Virus record (IMG/VR): IMGVR_UViG_3300000976_000011
Coordinates: 77,676 to 141,675 of that record
Length of the DNA: 64,000 nucleotides
Direction: 5' to 3' (one strand)
Source of the DNA: a virus
Numbering within the stretch: position 1 is the stretch's first letter; each line of letters starts with the position of its first letter. The notes below the pieces were generated by a model. It did no database searches and was not told where the DNA came from. It saw only the letters and a program-made list of their open reading frames with translations. The position numbers and the translations under genes were made by a program. Below are positions 47,107-56,479 of the stretch, piece by piece.

Positions 47107-47769
47107 CTATAATTCGTTAAACCAGAAACCTAAGTCTCTGAATGTCTTACCTATTATGTCTTCCTTAGTACCTATACTTTTTAAATAATTAGAATGACCA
47201 TATGATTTTGAATTTATAACTCTATCAGCATCTTTGCACCATTTATGTATAGTGATAAATGGTAGCATCGGTATATTTTGCTCTGCTTCTAATGATGTAA
47301 TAAATGTTCCGTAGGGAGTTCGATAATTACCTTTATATTTAGGGTGCTTCTTGCCTATTTTAGCCTTAGACATTTTATCTTTAGTTTCAATTGAAATTTT
47401 CTTACCAAAATTGTAGTGATTCTTACCTTTCATTCTTAATGACATATAAATAGAGTAATCTTGGCGCAGACTTTGATATATTTTAGAATTAATTCTAACG
47501 TTTTCGTCTCTATTTGACATAAACATATAAGCACATAACATCTTATAATAATATTCATCCTTTGTAAATTTAATTAGAAGCATATGAGCAATAAAGTGTT
47601 CCCTAGCAGTAAGTAAAACTAGGTTATCGGGCTCATCTGAACCACCTAAAGACTTAGGAGTTATATGGTGAGATTCATAATAAACTTCTTTAGACTTTCT
47701 TCTGTCGAGATTTTTACGTGAGCTACATAGATTAAAATAATGAAAATAGTATTTGTTCTTAATAAACAT
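47107..47769 (-). mobile_element. HNH homing endonuclease
   Basis: YYESHHITPKSLGGS…NLVLLTAREHFIAHMLL; C-terminus shared with 3036-3866. Confidence 0.9.
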
Positions 47770-47779
47770 CTTAGCCCCT

Positions 47780-47871
47780 TATAAATATAATAGTAATGAG
47801 GGACAGCATTAGTTAGCTCCGATGTTGATAATTGTTGGCGCAGTTATCTTACCTCTTCATTATTATTTATA
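47780..47871 (+). ncRNA. HNH-associated structured small RNA, copy B
   Basis: TATAAATA…GAGGGACAGC-loop-GATGTT-GATAATTG/TTGGCG/CAGTTATC-TTACCTC…TATTTATA. Confidence 0.75.
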
Positions 47872-47886
47872 AAATCAAAAATAGAT

Positions 47887-48162
47887 ATGGAAAAATATAA
47901 AAATCTTCCAACAGTAATACAAGCAGCTCGCTGGATGGGAATGACTAATAAAGATGCAGAAAAATTCTCTGAAGATCATAAAATTCCTGTTTTTAAAGTT
48001 GGTGCTCGAAACGGCAAGTTTGGTTTAATTGTTCAAACTTTAGAAGGTGATGCCGTAGCACAAAGAGGCACTTGGATTTTGAAAGGTACTAAAGGTGAAT
48101 TTTGGCCTGTTCGAGCAGATATATTTAAACAAAAATATGAAAAAGTAGAAGATGATTCTTAA
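47887..48162 (+). CDS. conserved small phage protein (TLEG…G.WI.KG..GEFWP…DIF..Y family)
   Basis: Motif recognition. Confidence 0.7.
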   Translation: MEKYKNLPTVIQAARWMGMTNKDAEKFSEDHKIPVFKVGARNGKFGLIVQTLEGDAVAQRGTWILKGTKGEFWPVRADIFKQKYEKVEDDS

Positions 48163-49042
48163 AAACGGAAAATTAATATCAGGTATTGTTGAAGATAATG
48201 CTTCAGATCCATTGAAATTAGGTCGCTGTAAAGTAAGATTGTTTGGAATTCATAATGAGAAAAAGGAAGTTGCTGGACCTAAAGGTATTCCAACAGAAGA
48301 TTTACCATGGGCACTGCCGTTATCAAGTTTAGAATCAGGTCTTATGAGTGGATTAGGCACAGGGCCAGTCCGAATAACAAACGGTAGTGAAGTTCTTTGT
48401 TTAGTTAGAGATGATCTTTATCAAGATATAGTTATGATAGGAGTAATTCCAGGCGTTCATATAGAACCAGCGAAGCCTGAAATTGGATTTCAAGATCCAT
48501 CTGGAACTTATCCTTTAGAAGATAGATTAGAAGAGCCAGATACTAATAGACTTGCTCGAAAAGAAAAATTTGATGAAACTATATTATTAGATAAAACAGC
48601 AAGAGTACTAAAAGATATACCTATGAAAGGCGGCGGCTCATGGTCTGAACCATTACCTGTAGATTATATCAATCCTGAATATCCTAAAAATCAGGTAACT
48701 GAAACCGAATCAGGCCACGTATTTGAAATTGACGACACGCCTGGATTTGAAAGAATTTCTACTTGGCATAAATCAGGAGCTTTCGATGAGACAATTAATA
48801 CAGGCGAGCGCATAATAAAAGTTCCTAACAATATGTATATTACTATTGAAGAAGGTGAATTGGCCATCTATTCCGGCGGCGGCATATCTCTTACAGCTAA
48901 ACAAGATATATCAATTTTAACAGAAGGGGCTTTTGCTGTACAAGCAAAAAATGGAATAAAACTGGACTCAGAAACAGAAATCCAAATCCAGTCAAAATTA
49001 AGAACCAGTATAGATGGTGCAAACGTTAGTGTTAATCGCTAG
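48152..49042 (+). CDS. 5: baseplate central spike gp5 (OB fold + beta-helix, no lysozyme)
   Basis: GIVED…DPLKLGRCKVR..G.H…LPWA…YPKNQVTETESGHVFEIDDTPG.ERI..WHKSG. Confidence 0.9.
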   Translation: MILKNGKLISGIVEDNASDPLKLGRCKVRLFGIHNEKKEVAGPKGIPTEDLPWALPLSSLESGLMSGLGTGPVRITNGSEVLCLVRDDLYQDIVMIGVIPGVHIEPAKPEIGFQDPSGTYPLEDRLEEPDTNRLARKEKFDETILLDKTARVLKDIPMKGGGSWSEPLPVDYINPEYPKNQVTETESGHVFEIDDTPGFERISTWHKSGAFDETINTGERIIKVPNNMYITIEEGELAIYSGGGISLTAKQDISILTEGAFAVQAKNGIKLDSETEIQIQSKLRTSIDGANVSVNR

Positions 49043-49199
49043 AGCTTTGTTTATTTAAATAATGAATGAGATAATCTTTAAATCTCTTAGCTTCGATTTC
49101 ATTTCTAGCAGGAACATAAATTTCGCAACCTGAATCATCTTTTACCATAACAAATATTTCACTTGTGTTAAATGGTAAATTTTTAAAAAAGTTATCCAT
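49032..49199 (-). CDS. 55-aa hypothetical protein (MDNFFKNLPF…), not in ORF track
   Basis: GAGG RBS, follows upstream stop. Confidence 0.5.
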   Translation of the reverse strand: MDNFFKNLPFNTSEIFVMVKDDSGCEIYVPARNEIEAKRFKDYLIHYLNKQSSSD

Positions 49200-49200
49200 T

Positions 49201-49485
49201 TTAATCCTCTATAATATAATTATCATCGTAAATATAAGTTTTCATTAATTCTTTATGAGTTATTTCACCTAAACCGTATTTTCTGAAGTTTTCAAAAGAA
49301 ACAACATAGCCATCTAAATAAAAAGAATCAAAAAATATTTGTGAGCTTAATTCTTTACTATTGTCTAAATCATCTAAGCACTCTTTTATTAGACTTGCTA
49401 ATTCTTCTTCAATGTAATATATAAAACGTTTACATTCAACAGAATCAACTATTCTTCTATTAATAGTAATATACATTTTAGACAT
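49201..49485 (-). CDS. hypothetical protein
   Basis: ORF track; GGAG RBS favours start at MSKM. Confidence 0.55.
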   Translation of the reverse strand: MSKMYITINRRIVDSVECKRFIYYIEEELASLIKECLDDLDNSKELSSQIFFDSFYLDGYVVSFENFRKYGLGEITHKELMKTYIYDDNYIIED

Positions 49486-49864
49486 TATCATCTCCAAAAT
49501 TAATTTTATATTTCCTATTTGCCATTTTAGTTAATTTTTCTATAGCTGCGTCACGACCTCTAACTGCTTCAGTATTTATTCTCATATCAGATAACCATGT
49601 TCCCCATGTACCTCTAGGTATAGATCTTCTAAAGCCACGAAGAAATTCTACTTCGCACAGCGAACAATTCCAATAACAAAGATACTGAATTTGTTCATAC
49701 CAACCCACCGGTCTTGAAGTATTTAATAAGTATGCAAATCCTGCTTCATTAGGAATAACATCAACTTCAAATATCATATATTTGTCATCCCATGGATTTT
49801 CGACTTTAGCTCTATTATCGATTTCTTCTGATTTAGAAAAATAATTTAAAAATTTTCTTAACAT
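49478..49864 (-). CDS. hypothetical protein
   Basis: Coupled ORF in early operon. Confidence 0.6.
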   Translation of the reverse strand: MLRKFLNYFSKSEEIDNRAKVENPWDDKYMIFEVDVIPNEAGFAYLLNTSRPVGWYEQIQYLCYWNCSLCEVEFLRGFRRSIPRGTWGTWLSDMRINTEAVRGRDAAIEKLTKMANRKYKINFGDDNV

Positions 49865-50139
49865 TAGTATAAATTCTCACTATAAAGTGTTCCACCATTG
49901 GCGCAATCGCCGCCTACTCTTCTTCTAATTTGGCCTGCTGCCTTAGCAATTTTCCAAGCTTCTTCTCTTGTATGAAAATTTCTTCTATTATCAATAAAGC
50001 CTTGTTCCCAAACTTTTCTTAAACTTAATAGTTTCATAATATCAACCATAAATTTATCGAAATGTCTAGCGCCAGGAATAATTAAATCTGTTTCTTTATG
50101 TTTATTAGCGGCGCAAACTATGTATATTTCACTTCTCAT
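49864..50139 (-). CDS. conserved phage protein (IVCAA…GARH…QGF…REEA…LYSENLY)
   Basis: Motif recognition. Confidence 0.75.
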   Translation of the reverse strand: MRSEIYIVCAANKHKETDLIIPGARHFDKFMVDIMKLLSLRKVWEQGFIDNRRNFHTREEAWKIAKAAGQIRRRVGGDCANGGTLYSENLY

Positions 50140-50630
50140 TGTGGATAAAATACTAACATAATTTCATTATCTTCGCCTACAGATGTAAACATATCAAATT
50201 TATATAATTCAAGAACATCATCTAAATCAATATGTATATTTCTATTTAAACCTACATAGATAAAACCTGAATCTTCTTGTAAGGATTGTTCTAATAAAGG
50301 CTCAACCCAGCCACTGTGATTAGGTCTACAAACCATTCGCCAAACGCTAGGATTTGATGGAATTTTATGAGCAGGAATTATTTGAACATCAGAGAAATTA
50401 TTACCTTCTCTTTTTATGATATCAATACCAGCCATCTTAATATTTCTATCGATTGCCTCAGCCGGAAGATCGCCGTTACCTGTTCCACAATCAATAAACA
50501 TATCTATATCAAATTCGTTCTGAACATCTTCTAAAACGCTCCAAAATTCTTCATTTGGTTCAAAAAATCTTAATCTTGGAAGAGTCATTGAACCTCTAAC
50601 GCTTTCCATTAATTGTTGAATTGTTTCCAT
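50136..50630 (-). CDS. class I SAM-dependent methyltransferase-like protein
   Basis: FIDCGTGNG motif I followed by GID. Confidence 0.55.
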   Translation of the reverse strand: METIQQLMESVRGSMTLPRLRFFEPNEEFWSVLEDVQNEFDIDMFIDCGTGNGDLPAEAIDRNIKMAGIDIIKREGNNFSDVQIIPAHKIPSNPSVWRMVCRPNHSGWVEPLLEQSLQEDSGFIYVGLNRNIHIDLDDVLELYKFDMFTSVGEDNEIMLVFYPQ

Positions 50631-50633
50631 GAC

Positions 50634-51347
50634 TTACCTCGGTGAAAGAGTTAACTTATTTAAATTTAACCACAATTTAGAGAATGTTGGAAATCGTTCT
50701 ATAGCATTATCTACTCTAATAAGAATTTTGCCCTTTTCTCTAGATACTAAAGCTAAGTGAGCCATAGGGCCACCTTGTTCGCATACAATAATATCAGCAT
50801 TAACAGCCGCTAGATCATATTCTATGCCAGCATTTGGAATAACGATAGCTTTTTTCTCATACTTATCATCATTTTTATCTTGACAATGAATATTCATACT
50901 ACTCCAAGTAGTTCCGTCACGCATAGGCGTGTGTTCATAAACTGTAAATGAAAAATAAGGATCTTTATCTTTTCGGCCATCTGCTAATACTGTAAAATCA
51001 AAGCTAAATATTTTTTCATATTCCTTTTCAATAAGTCTTCTAGCCTCATATATACAATCATGATAAGAGTCAGTCAAGCCAGCACCCAACATCATATCAG
51101 TGTGATAAGGATTATCCATTTGCATCTTAAATCCTGAATATGTAAAAGCTTTATATTCAGGTAAAAGATCTCTTACAGCATGCATTTTGCCAAAAACATA
51201 CCAAATTAGAGCTCTTTTAGGAAAATTATAAACTTTTCCTTCATGAACTACTTTAAGCCATCCATGCTCTTTATCATTATTAGCGTAATCTTTTACTAAT
51301 TTAATATACTCTTCGTTTTCTTCTAAAAATTCATCATAAAATTCCAT
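50634..51347 (-). CDS. protein with C-terminal PEP-utiliser phospho-His swivel domain
   Basis: IIVCEQGGPMAHLALVSRE ≈ GGxTSHAAIVARE. Confidence 0.7.
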   Translation of the reverse strand: MEFYDEFLEENEEYIKLVKDYANNDKEHGWLKVVHEGKVYNFPKRALIWYVFGKMHAVRDLLPEYKAFTYSGFKMQMDNPYHTDMMLGAGLTDSYHDCIYEARRLIEKEYEKIFSFDFTVLADGRKDKDPYFSFTVYEHTPMRDGTTWSSMNIHCQDKNDDKYEKKAIVIPNAGIEYDLAAVNADIIVCEQGGPMAHLALVSREKGKILIRVDNAIERFPTFSKLWLNLNKLTLSPR

Positions 51348-51357
51348 AATAAAATAC

Positions 51358-51801
51358 CTATTTAATATTGCTTAAATCTATTATACCATAAGGTTTAAAA
51401 TTAATATACTCTTTTACAGTTAATTTTTCTTCATTATTAACCATAATATTACCGCTACCAACTGAAGATTTGATAGCAACGCCTTCAAAATTTTCAATTA
51501 AATAGTCTTGACACGCAACAAAATCTACAGAAAAAGGACATATTCCCAAAGCTTCTAAATCCGCATCATCTATATGCTTAAAACTTTGAAAACCGAGCTC
51601 CCAAGATAGAATATTAGAAGAAATTATTGCATGTTGACCTATATCTGCATAAAATATTCCATATTTCCTATAATAAACCCAGCCATATTGTCTATTTAAA
51701 TCAGCCTCTTCAATTGGCCTTGGACCTCCGATGCGAAAATCACACATGGCCCACCAAGTCTCATCAGGAATATTATCAAAATCTATATTAAGAGGTTTCA
51801 T
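51358..51801 (-). CDS. hypothetical protein
   Basis: ORF track; start at MKPL likely. Confidence 0.55.
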   Translation of the reverse strand: MKPLNIDFDNIPDETWWAMCDFRIGGPRPIEEADLNRQYGWVYYRKYGIFYADIGQHAIISSNILSWELGFQSFKHIDDADLEALGICPFSVDFVACQDYLIENFEGVAIKSSVGSGNIMVNNEEKLTVKEYINFKPYGIIDLSNIK

Positions 51802-51997
51802 TTTTAAATTTCTCAGTAAAAGCATCTATATCTTTTTCTAGCTCATCTAAATCAACATGATAAGCAGTGTAAAATCCATTAAATGTATCGCCGCGCCAAG
51901 AATCTCTACCTAACCACTTAATATTTGGATTGCTTCGCTTCCGATCTTTTAGAATTTCTTCCTTTAGTAATTCAACGAATTTATCTAAAGTGCTCAT
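51788..51997 (-). CDS. hypothetical protein
   Basis: GGAG RBS. Confidence 0.55.
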   Translation of the reverse strand: MSTLDKFVELLKEEILKDRKRSNPNIKWLGRDSWRGDTFNGFYTAYHVDLDELEKDIDAFTEKFKNETS

Positions 51998-51999
51998 AA

Positions 52000-52278
52000 T
52001 TAATATACTCCAATTTGTGCATTCAATTTATTTTTATTAATGAGATTTATAGCAGCTTGGGCCGAATTAAATAATTTTGGCGTGCCATTCTTTCGAAAGA
52101 CCAGATCTTGATTTAATACTAATCCTGAATCATTAAACACTCTAATAACTGGAGGACCCTGAATACTAAATGCTTCTTCATTTTTCCAAGCGTCTCGAGC
52201 TTTCTTAATGAAAGATATTAATTCCTTTTTAGTTTTAAAGAATCTAAAAGGATGCTTCTTCATAATAAAAATATTCAT
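52000..52278 (-). CDS. hypothetical early protein
   Basis: First ORF after early promoter. Confidence 0.55.
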   Translation of the reverse strand: MNIFIMKKHPFRFFKTKKELISFIKKARDAWKNEEAFSIQGPPVIRVFNDSGLVLNQDLVFRKNGTPKLFNSAQAAINLINKNKLNAQIGVY

Positions 52279-52298
52279 AATTAACTAACTTAATAAAT

Positions 52299-52328
52299 AT
52301 TATATAACAAATAATTAAAAATGTAAAC
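52299..52328 (-). promoter_or_regulatory. early promoter driving the 52.3-49.0 kb island
   Basis: GTTTACA-17-TATAAT on minus strand. Confidence 0.75.
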
Positions 52329-52332
52329 TTTT

Positions 52333-53919
52333 ATGGGATATGCAAGTAAAAAAGGTTATTTAGGTTCTAATAAACTTAAACGTGCCGGTATTACGCAAAA
52401 TTTAACAAAAAAGCAACAAGAAGAATTCATTAAATGTATGAATGACCCTATCTATTTTTGTGAAAATTTTGTAAAAATAAGAATGTTAGGTAAAGGTCGA
52501 AAGCTTTTTAAGATGTATGATTATCAAAAAGAAATGATAACATTAATACACGAAGATAGATTTTCTATTATTAATTGTGCGAGACAGATTGGTAAATCTA
52601 CAGTACTTTTAGCTTATGCTTGTTGGGCAATCATATTTAATGAAGATTATGAAATAGCAGTCTTAGCAAATAAAGGTAGAACATCAACTGCACTTCTGAG
52701 GAAATTCAGAGCGATGTATGAAGATCTACCAATGTGGATGCAACAGGGAGCAACTGACGCGAACAAATCTACAATGGAATTTGAAAATAGATCAATGATT
52801 TATTGTGTTGCTACATCAGCCGACTCTATTCGTGGTGATTCTGCTGATTTGGTTATGATTGATGAAGCAGCATTTATTAAAGATGAAGTATGGGATGATT
52901 TCTATAAATCAACAGTTCCAACGATTTCTTCTGGACCTACTTCTAAGCTTATTCTTATATCTACTCCTAATGGTATGAATCATTGGTATGATTTAGTGAT
53001 GAGAGCTAGAGAAGGTAAAGGCTATAAAATATTTGAAGTATATTGGCATGCTATTCCATGGAAAGATGAAAAATGGAAAGCAGAAGAAATAGCAAGAACT
53101 GATATAAATCAATTTATGCAAGAACATGAGCTTGAGTTTTTAGGTACTAGTGGCTCATTAATAGCACCAGAATATATTAAAGGAATGGATGTTAGAGAAC
53201 CAACGAGAATCATGTGGCAGGGCGATCTTAAAATTTATGAAGAACCACATGAAGAAAGAAAATATGTTGCTATTGTCGATTGTGCGCATGGAATAGGACT
53301 AGATTATTCTATTGTTTCTATTATAGACATAACTATGAACAAATTTAGGCAAGTAGCTCTTTATAGATCTAATAAAATTAGTCATACGGGATTTCCTGAT
53401 ATAATAGACAATGTTGCTTCGTTGTATAATTCAGCTACAGTAATTATAGAGAATAATGAAGTAGGAATATATGTATCAGAGCAGTTAAATAATGATTTAG
53501 ATTATCCAAATATGTATAATCCTGATTTAATAACAGAACAGGGCGGTAATTATAAGCCGGGTGTAAGAACTACAGCAGTAACAAAAAGAGTAGGCTGTAA
53601 CAATTTAAAATCATTAATAGAGAACGGTAAATTAGAAATTTTTGATTTTCAAACAGTCCGAGAATTCTCTAATTTTAATAGAAGCAAAAATAAAAAATCT
53701 TATGAAGCATCATCTGGAACTGATGATATAGTAATGACACTAGTAATTTTTGCATGGGCAACTAAACAAAATAATTTTATAGAAATGACTGGTCTTGATC
53801 TTATTGGTGAAATTGATAATACTAATTTAGGATTAAGAGAGGAAATAGATGATTTTTTCTCATCTCCTGTTATGATGACTTCGGTCGTCGTTGAAGAAGT
53901 AAGTGGTCTGGGTCTTTAA
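52333..53919 (+). CDS. 17: terminase large subunit gp17
   Basis: YLG…LKR, ARQIGKST Walker A, IDEAAF Walker B, STPNG, DCAHG.GLDYS, DDIVM. Confidence 0.97.
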   Translation: MGYASKKGYLGSNKLKRAGITQNLTKKQQEEFIKCMNDPIYFCENFVKIRMLGKGRKLFKMYDYQKEMITLIHEDRFSIINCARQIGKSTVLLAYACWAIIFNEDYEIAVLANKGRTSTALLRKFRAMYEDLPMWMQQGATDANKSTMEFENRSMIYCVATSADSIRGDSADLVMIDEAAFIKDEVWDDFYKSTVPTISSGPTSKLILISTPNGMNHWYDLVMRAREGKGYKIFEVYWHAIPWKDEKWKAEEIARTDINQFMQEHELEFLGTSGSLIAPEYIKGMDVREPTRIMWQGDLKIYEEPHEERKYVAIVDCAHGIGLDYSIVSIIDITMNKFRQVALYRSNKISHTGFPDIIDNVASLYNSATVIIENNEVGIYVSEQLNNDLDYPNMYNPDLITEQGGNYKPGVRTTAVTKRVGCNNLKSLIENGKLEIFDFQTVREFSNFNRSKNKKSYEASSGTDDIVMTLVIFAWATKQNNFIEMTGLDLIGEIDNTNLGLREEIDDFFSSPVMMTSVVVEEVSGLGL

Positions 53920-53928
53920 TTGGTATTT

Positions 53929-53936
53929 TATAAATA
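53929..53936 (+). promoter_or_regulatory. T4-type late promoter (others at 21293, 26232, 33782, 35662, 43411, 56461, 57991, 59412)
   Basis: TATAAATA upstream of structural genes. Confidence 0.8.
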
Positions 53937-53982
53937 AATAATATACCAAAAAGAATTATAAATAATAACTCAGGAGAAAAAG

Positions 53983-55659
53983 ATGACAAATCTTTCACCA
54001 GCGGTAATCGCACGCGAATTCTCTAATGCACCTGTAGTAGAAGAACAAGGATCTTCTACTGGAGCACTAGTAGGATTATTTGAATGGGGACCAGCGATGT
54101 CTCCACAGCTAGTCAACAATGCTGTTAGACTAGTAGATGTTTTCGGGCTACCGACTGATGCGAATTTTGTAGATCATATGTGTGCTACTAATTTCTTATC
54201 TTATACCAATAGACTTTTCGTTAATCGAGTAACTTTCGATAATGCGACGAATTCAGGTTTAACTGTAGAAGATGCCGGCACTGGTATAGTACCTCATTCG
54301 AGAGAAGATTATTTAACTCAAGGCACTGGACCTGAGTTAATTTTAAATGAAGATGATTTTAATGCTTCTGCTGCTACTTTGGAAACTTCTGCTCCTACCG
54401 TCTTATTTTATGGTAGATACGCCGGAGCTTATGGAAATAGAATAGAAGTTGCAATGACATCATCTGGTTCTATAATAGAAGCATCAATAAACAATTCATT
54501 TGATAGAAATATTGAAGCTAACGAATACGGTTTAGTAGTTTATTTAGATGGCGATATAGTTGAAACTCATATTGGTAATGCTAATCCTTCAGCTAAATCT
54601 TCAACTGGTGGTTCAGACTATATTGTTGAAATAGTAAATCGAACATCTAGATTTGTATATATGTCAGAATTAGATTTATTATTTGCTGATCCTGACACCT
54701 TTGTTCCAGCGGTTCTACCAAAAAGCGCCTTAGTTGGAGGCGATGATGGCGCAAATACAGCATCAGAAGAAAGCGCTCGTATTGCTGGTTGGAACATGTT
54801 TAATGATCCTGAAACTACAGAAATAGATTTACCATTTGCTGGCGGAGCATCTCAAGTTGTATCAGAGCATATGGTTGAAAATGTTTCACTAAGAAGAGCT
54901 GATTGTTTAGGATTTATTTCTCCTAGGTTTGAAGATGTAGTAAATATAACAAATCCAAGTACCGTTGTTTCTAATCTTGTTACATATAGAAACATGTTTA
55001 ATTCTAACTCATATGCATTCTTAGATGGCGGTTATAAGTATCAATATGATATTTACAATGATAAATATCGTTGGGTCCCTTATAATGGAGATATGGCTGG
55101 TTTACATGCAAGAACTGATACGACTAATGATCCTTGGTTTGCGGCTGGAGGTTTTAATAGAGGACATGTTAAAAATGTTACTCGTGTTACTTTTAATCCA
55201 GATAAAGCATTTAGAGATGAATTATACAAAAATGGAATTAATCCAATTGTAGAATTTCCTGGTGAAGGCGTAGTATTATTTGGTAATAGAACATTAGAAG
55301 CTGGTTCTGGTCCTACTTCACGAGCGAACATTCGTAGATTACTTAATGTTCTTAAAAGATCTATATCAAAAGCAGCATTAAAGAGATTATTTGAATTTAA
55401 TGATCGTAGATCAAGAAATGAATTTATTCAAACAAACGAACCATTCTTACGTTCAGTACAGGCTAGAAGAGGCGTACAAAGATATCAAATCGTATGTGAT
55501 GAAACTAACAACACAGATCAAGTTATTAATGCTAGACAATTTGTTGGTGATATTTACATTCAGCCGTCAGAAGCTGTTGAAACGATTTTCCTTAACTTTA
55601 TCTCAGGTCAGGCTGGTATTGAATTTGAAGAAATCACATTTAGCGGAGTTGATGCATAA
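53983..55659 (+). CDS. 18: tail sheath protein gp18
   Basis: LSP…FEWGP…YKYQYD.YND.YRWVP.NGD.AG…PWFAAGG.NRG…RDELYKNGINP…FEFND. Confidence 0.97.
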   Translation: MTNLSPAVIAREFSNAPVVEEQGSSTGALVGLFEWGPAMSPQLVNNAVRLVDVFGLPTDANFVDHMCATNFLSYTNRLFVNRVTFDNATNSGLTVEDAGTGIVPHSREDYLTQGTGPELILNEDDFNASAATLETSAPTVLFYGRYAGAYGNRIEVAMTSSGSIIEASINNSFDRNIEANEYGLVVYLDGDIVETHIGNANPSAKSSTGGSDYIVEIVNRTSRFVYMSELDLLFADPDTFVPAVLPKSALVGGDDGANTASEESARIAGWNMFNDPETTEIDLPFAGGASQVVSEHMVENVSLRRADCLGFISPRFEDVVNITNPSTVVSNLVTYRNMFNSNSYAFLDGGYKYQYDIYNDKYRWVPYNGDMAGLHARTDTTNDPWFAAGGFNRGHVKNVTRVTFNPDKAFRDELYKNGINPIVEFPGEGVVLFGNRTLEAGSGPTSRANIRRLLNVLKRSISKAALKRLFEFNDRRSRNEFIQTNEPFLRSVQARRGVQRYQIVCDETNNTDQVINARQFVGDIYIQPSEAVETIFLNFISGQAGIEFEEITFSGVDA

Positions 55660-56138
55660 TGAATATTGAAAATTTTAAAGGTTCTTTCGATAATGTTGCT
55701 AGACCTAATCTATTCCAAGTGAGCGGATTCGGTTTACCAGCAAATCTAGAACTAAGAGTAAAAGCAGCAAGTTTACCTAGTGAAAATATTGGAACTATTG
55801 AAGTTCCACATCAATCACGAAGAATAAAGCTTGCTGGTGACAGAACGTATGAACCTTGGACTATTACGGTTATCAATACAACAGATTTTAATGTATATGA
55901 TGCATTTGTTGAATGGAATAGATCTTTAAATGCACCTATTGCTAACGTTGGTAATTCAGGTAATTCAAATAAAAGAGATGGCCTAGTAGAGCAATTAGAT
56001 AATTTTAACTCTGTTGTTAAAGGAATTCAAATTAGAGGAGCATTCCCTGCTATTATTGGACCCGTAGAATTAGATTGGGAAAATCAAAACTCTATTGAAA
56101 CTTTTGAAGTAACTCTAGAATACGATTACCATCTATAA
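55659..56138 (+). CDS. 19: tail tube protein gp19
   Basis: ARPNLFQV…KAASLP…AGDRTYEPWTITVIN…FP…LDW…IETFEVT.EYDY. Confidence 0.95.
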   Translation: MNIENFKGSFDNVARPNLFQVSGFGLPANLELRVKAASLPSENIGTIEVPHQSRRIKLAGDRTYEPWTITVINTTDFNVYDAFVEWNRSLNAPIANVGNSGNSNKRDGLVEQLDNFNSVVKGIQIRGAFPAIIGPVELDWENQNSIETFEVTLEYDYHL

Positions 56139-56158
56139 ATTAGTAATCACAATTAAAG

Positions 56159-56183
56159 AAAAGGGAGCACAAGGCTCCCTTTT
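56159..56183. terminator. bidirectional intrinsic terminator
   Basis: AAAAGGGAGC-ACAAG-GCTCCCTTTT. Confidence 0.85.
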
Positions 56184-56189
56184 CTGACT

Positions 56190-56414
56190 CTAATACTCTT
56201 TGTGTTCGCCTCTAATCATACCATCTTGATGACCTTGCTTATAAGCCGCAACTTCATCAGGAGTCATTTTATGTTCTGGAATGCGAGGAGTTCTTTTATT
56301 TTCGTCTGCGTAAAAATGGGGATTAACGGGTCGCAAATACCAAGAATCAACACTTCCCATTCTGTAAGCTCCACCTCGGCGATTGAATTCTTTAATCTTT
56401 GAATAATCTTTCAT
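56190..56414 (-). CDS. conserved small early protein (GGAYRMGSVDSWY.R…PHFY…EVAAY..G)
   Basis: Early promoter and conserved leader upstream. Confidence 0.7.
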   Translation of the reverse strand: MKDYSKIKEFNRRGGAYRMGSVDSWYLRPVNPHFYADENKRTPRIPEHKMTPDEVAAYKQGHQDGMIRGEHKEY

Positions 56415-56449
56415 AATATAAAATTCCTATTTGTTTAACTGATATAGCT

Positions 56450-56479
56450 ATTATAAACCCTATAAATATAAAAGTAAAC
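56450..56479 (-). promoter_or_regulatory. early promoter with the gp20 late promoter nested in its spacer
   Basis: GTTTACT-17-TATAAT (minus); TATAAATA at 56461-56468 (plus). Confidence 0.75.
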
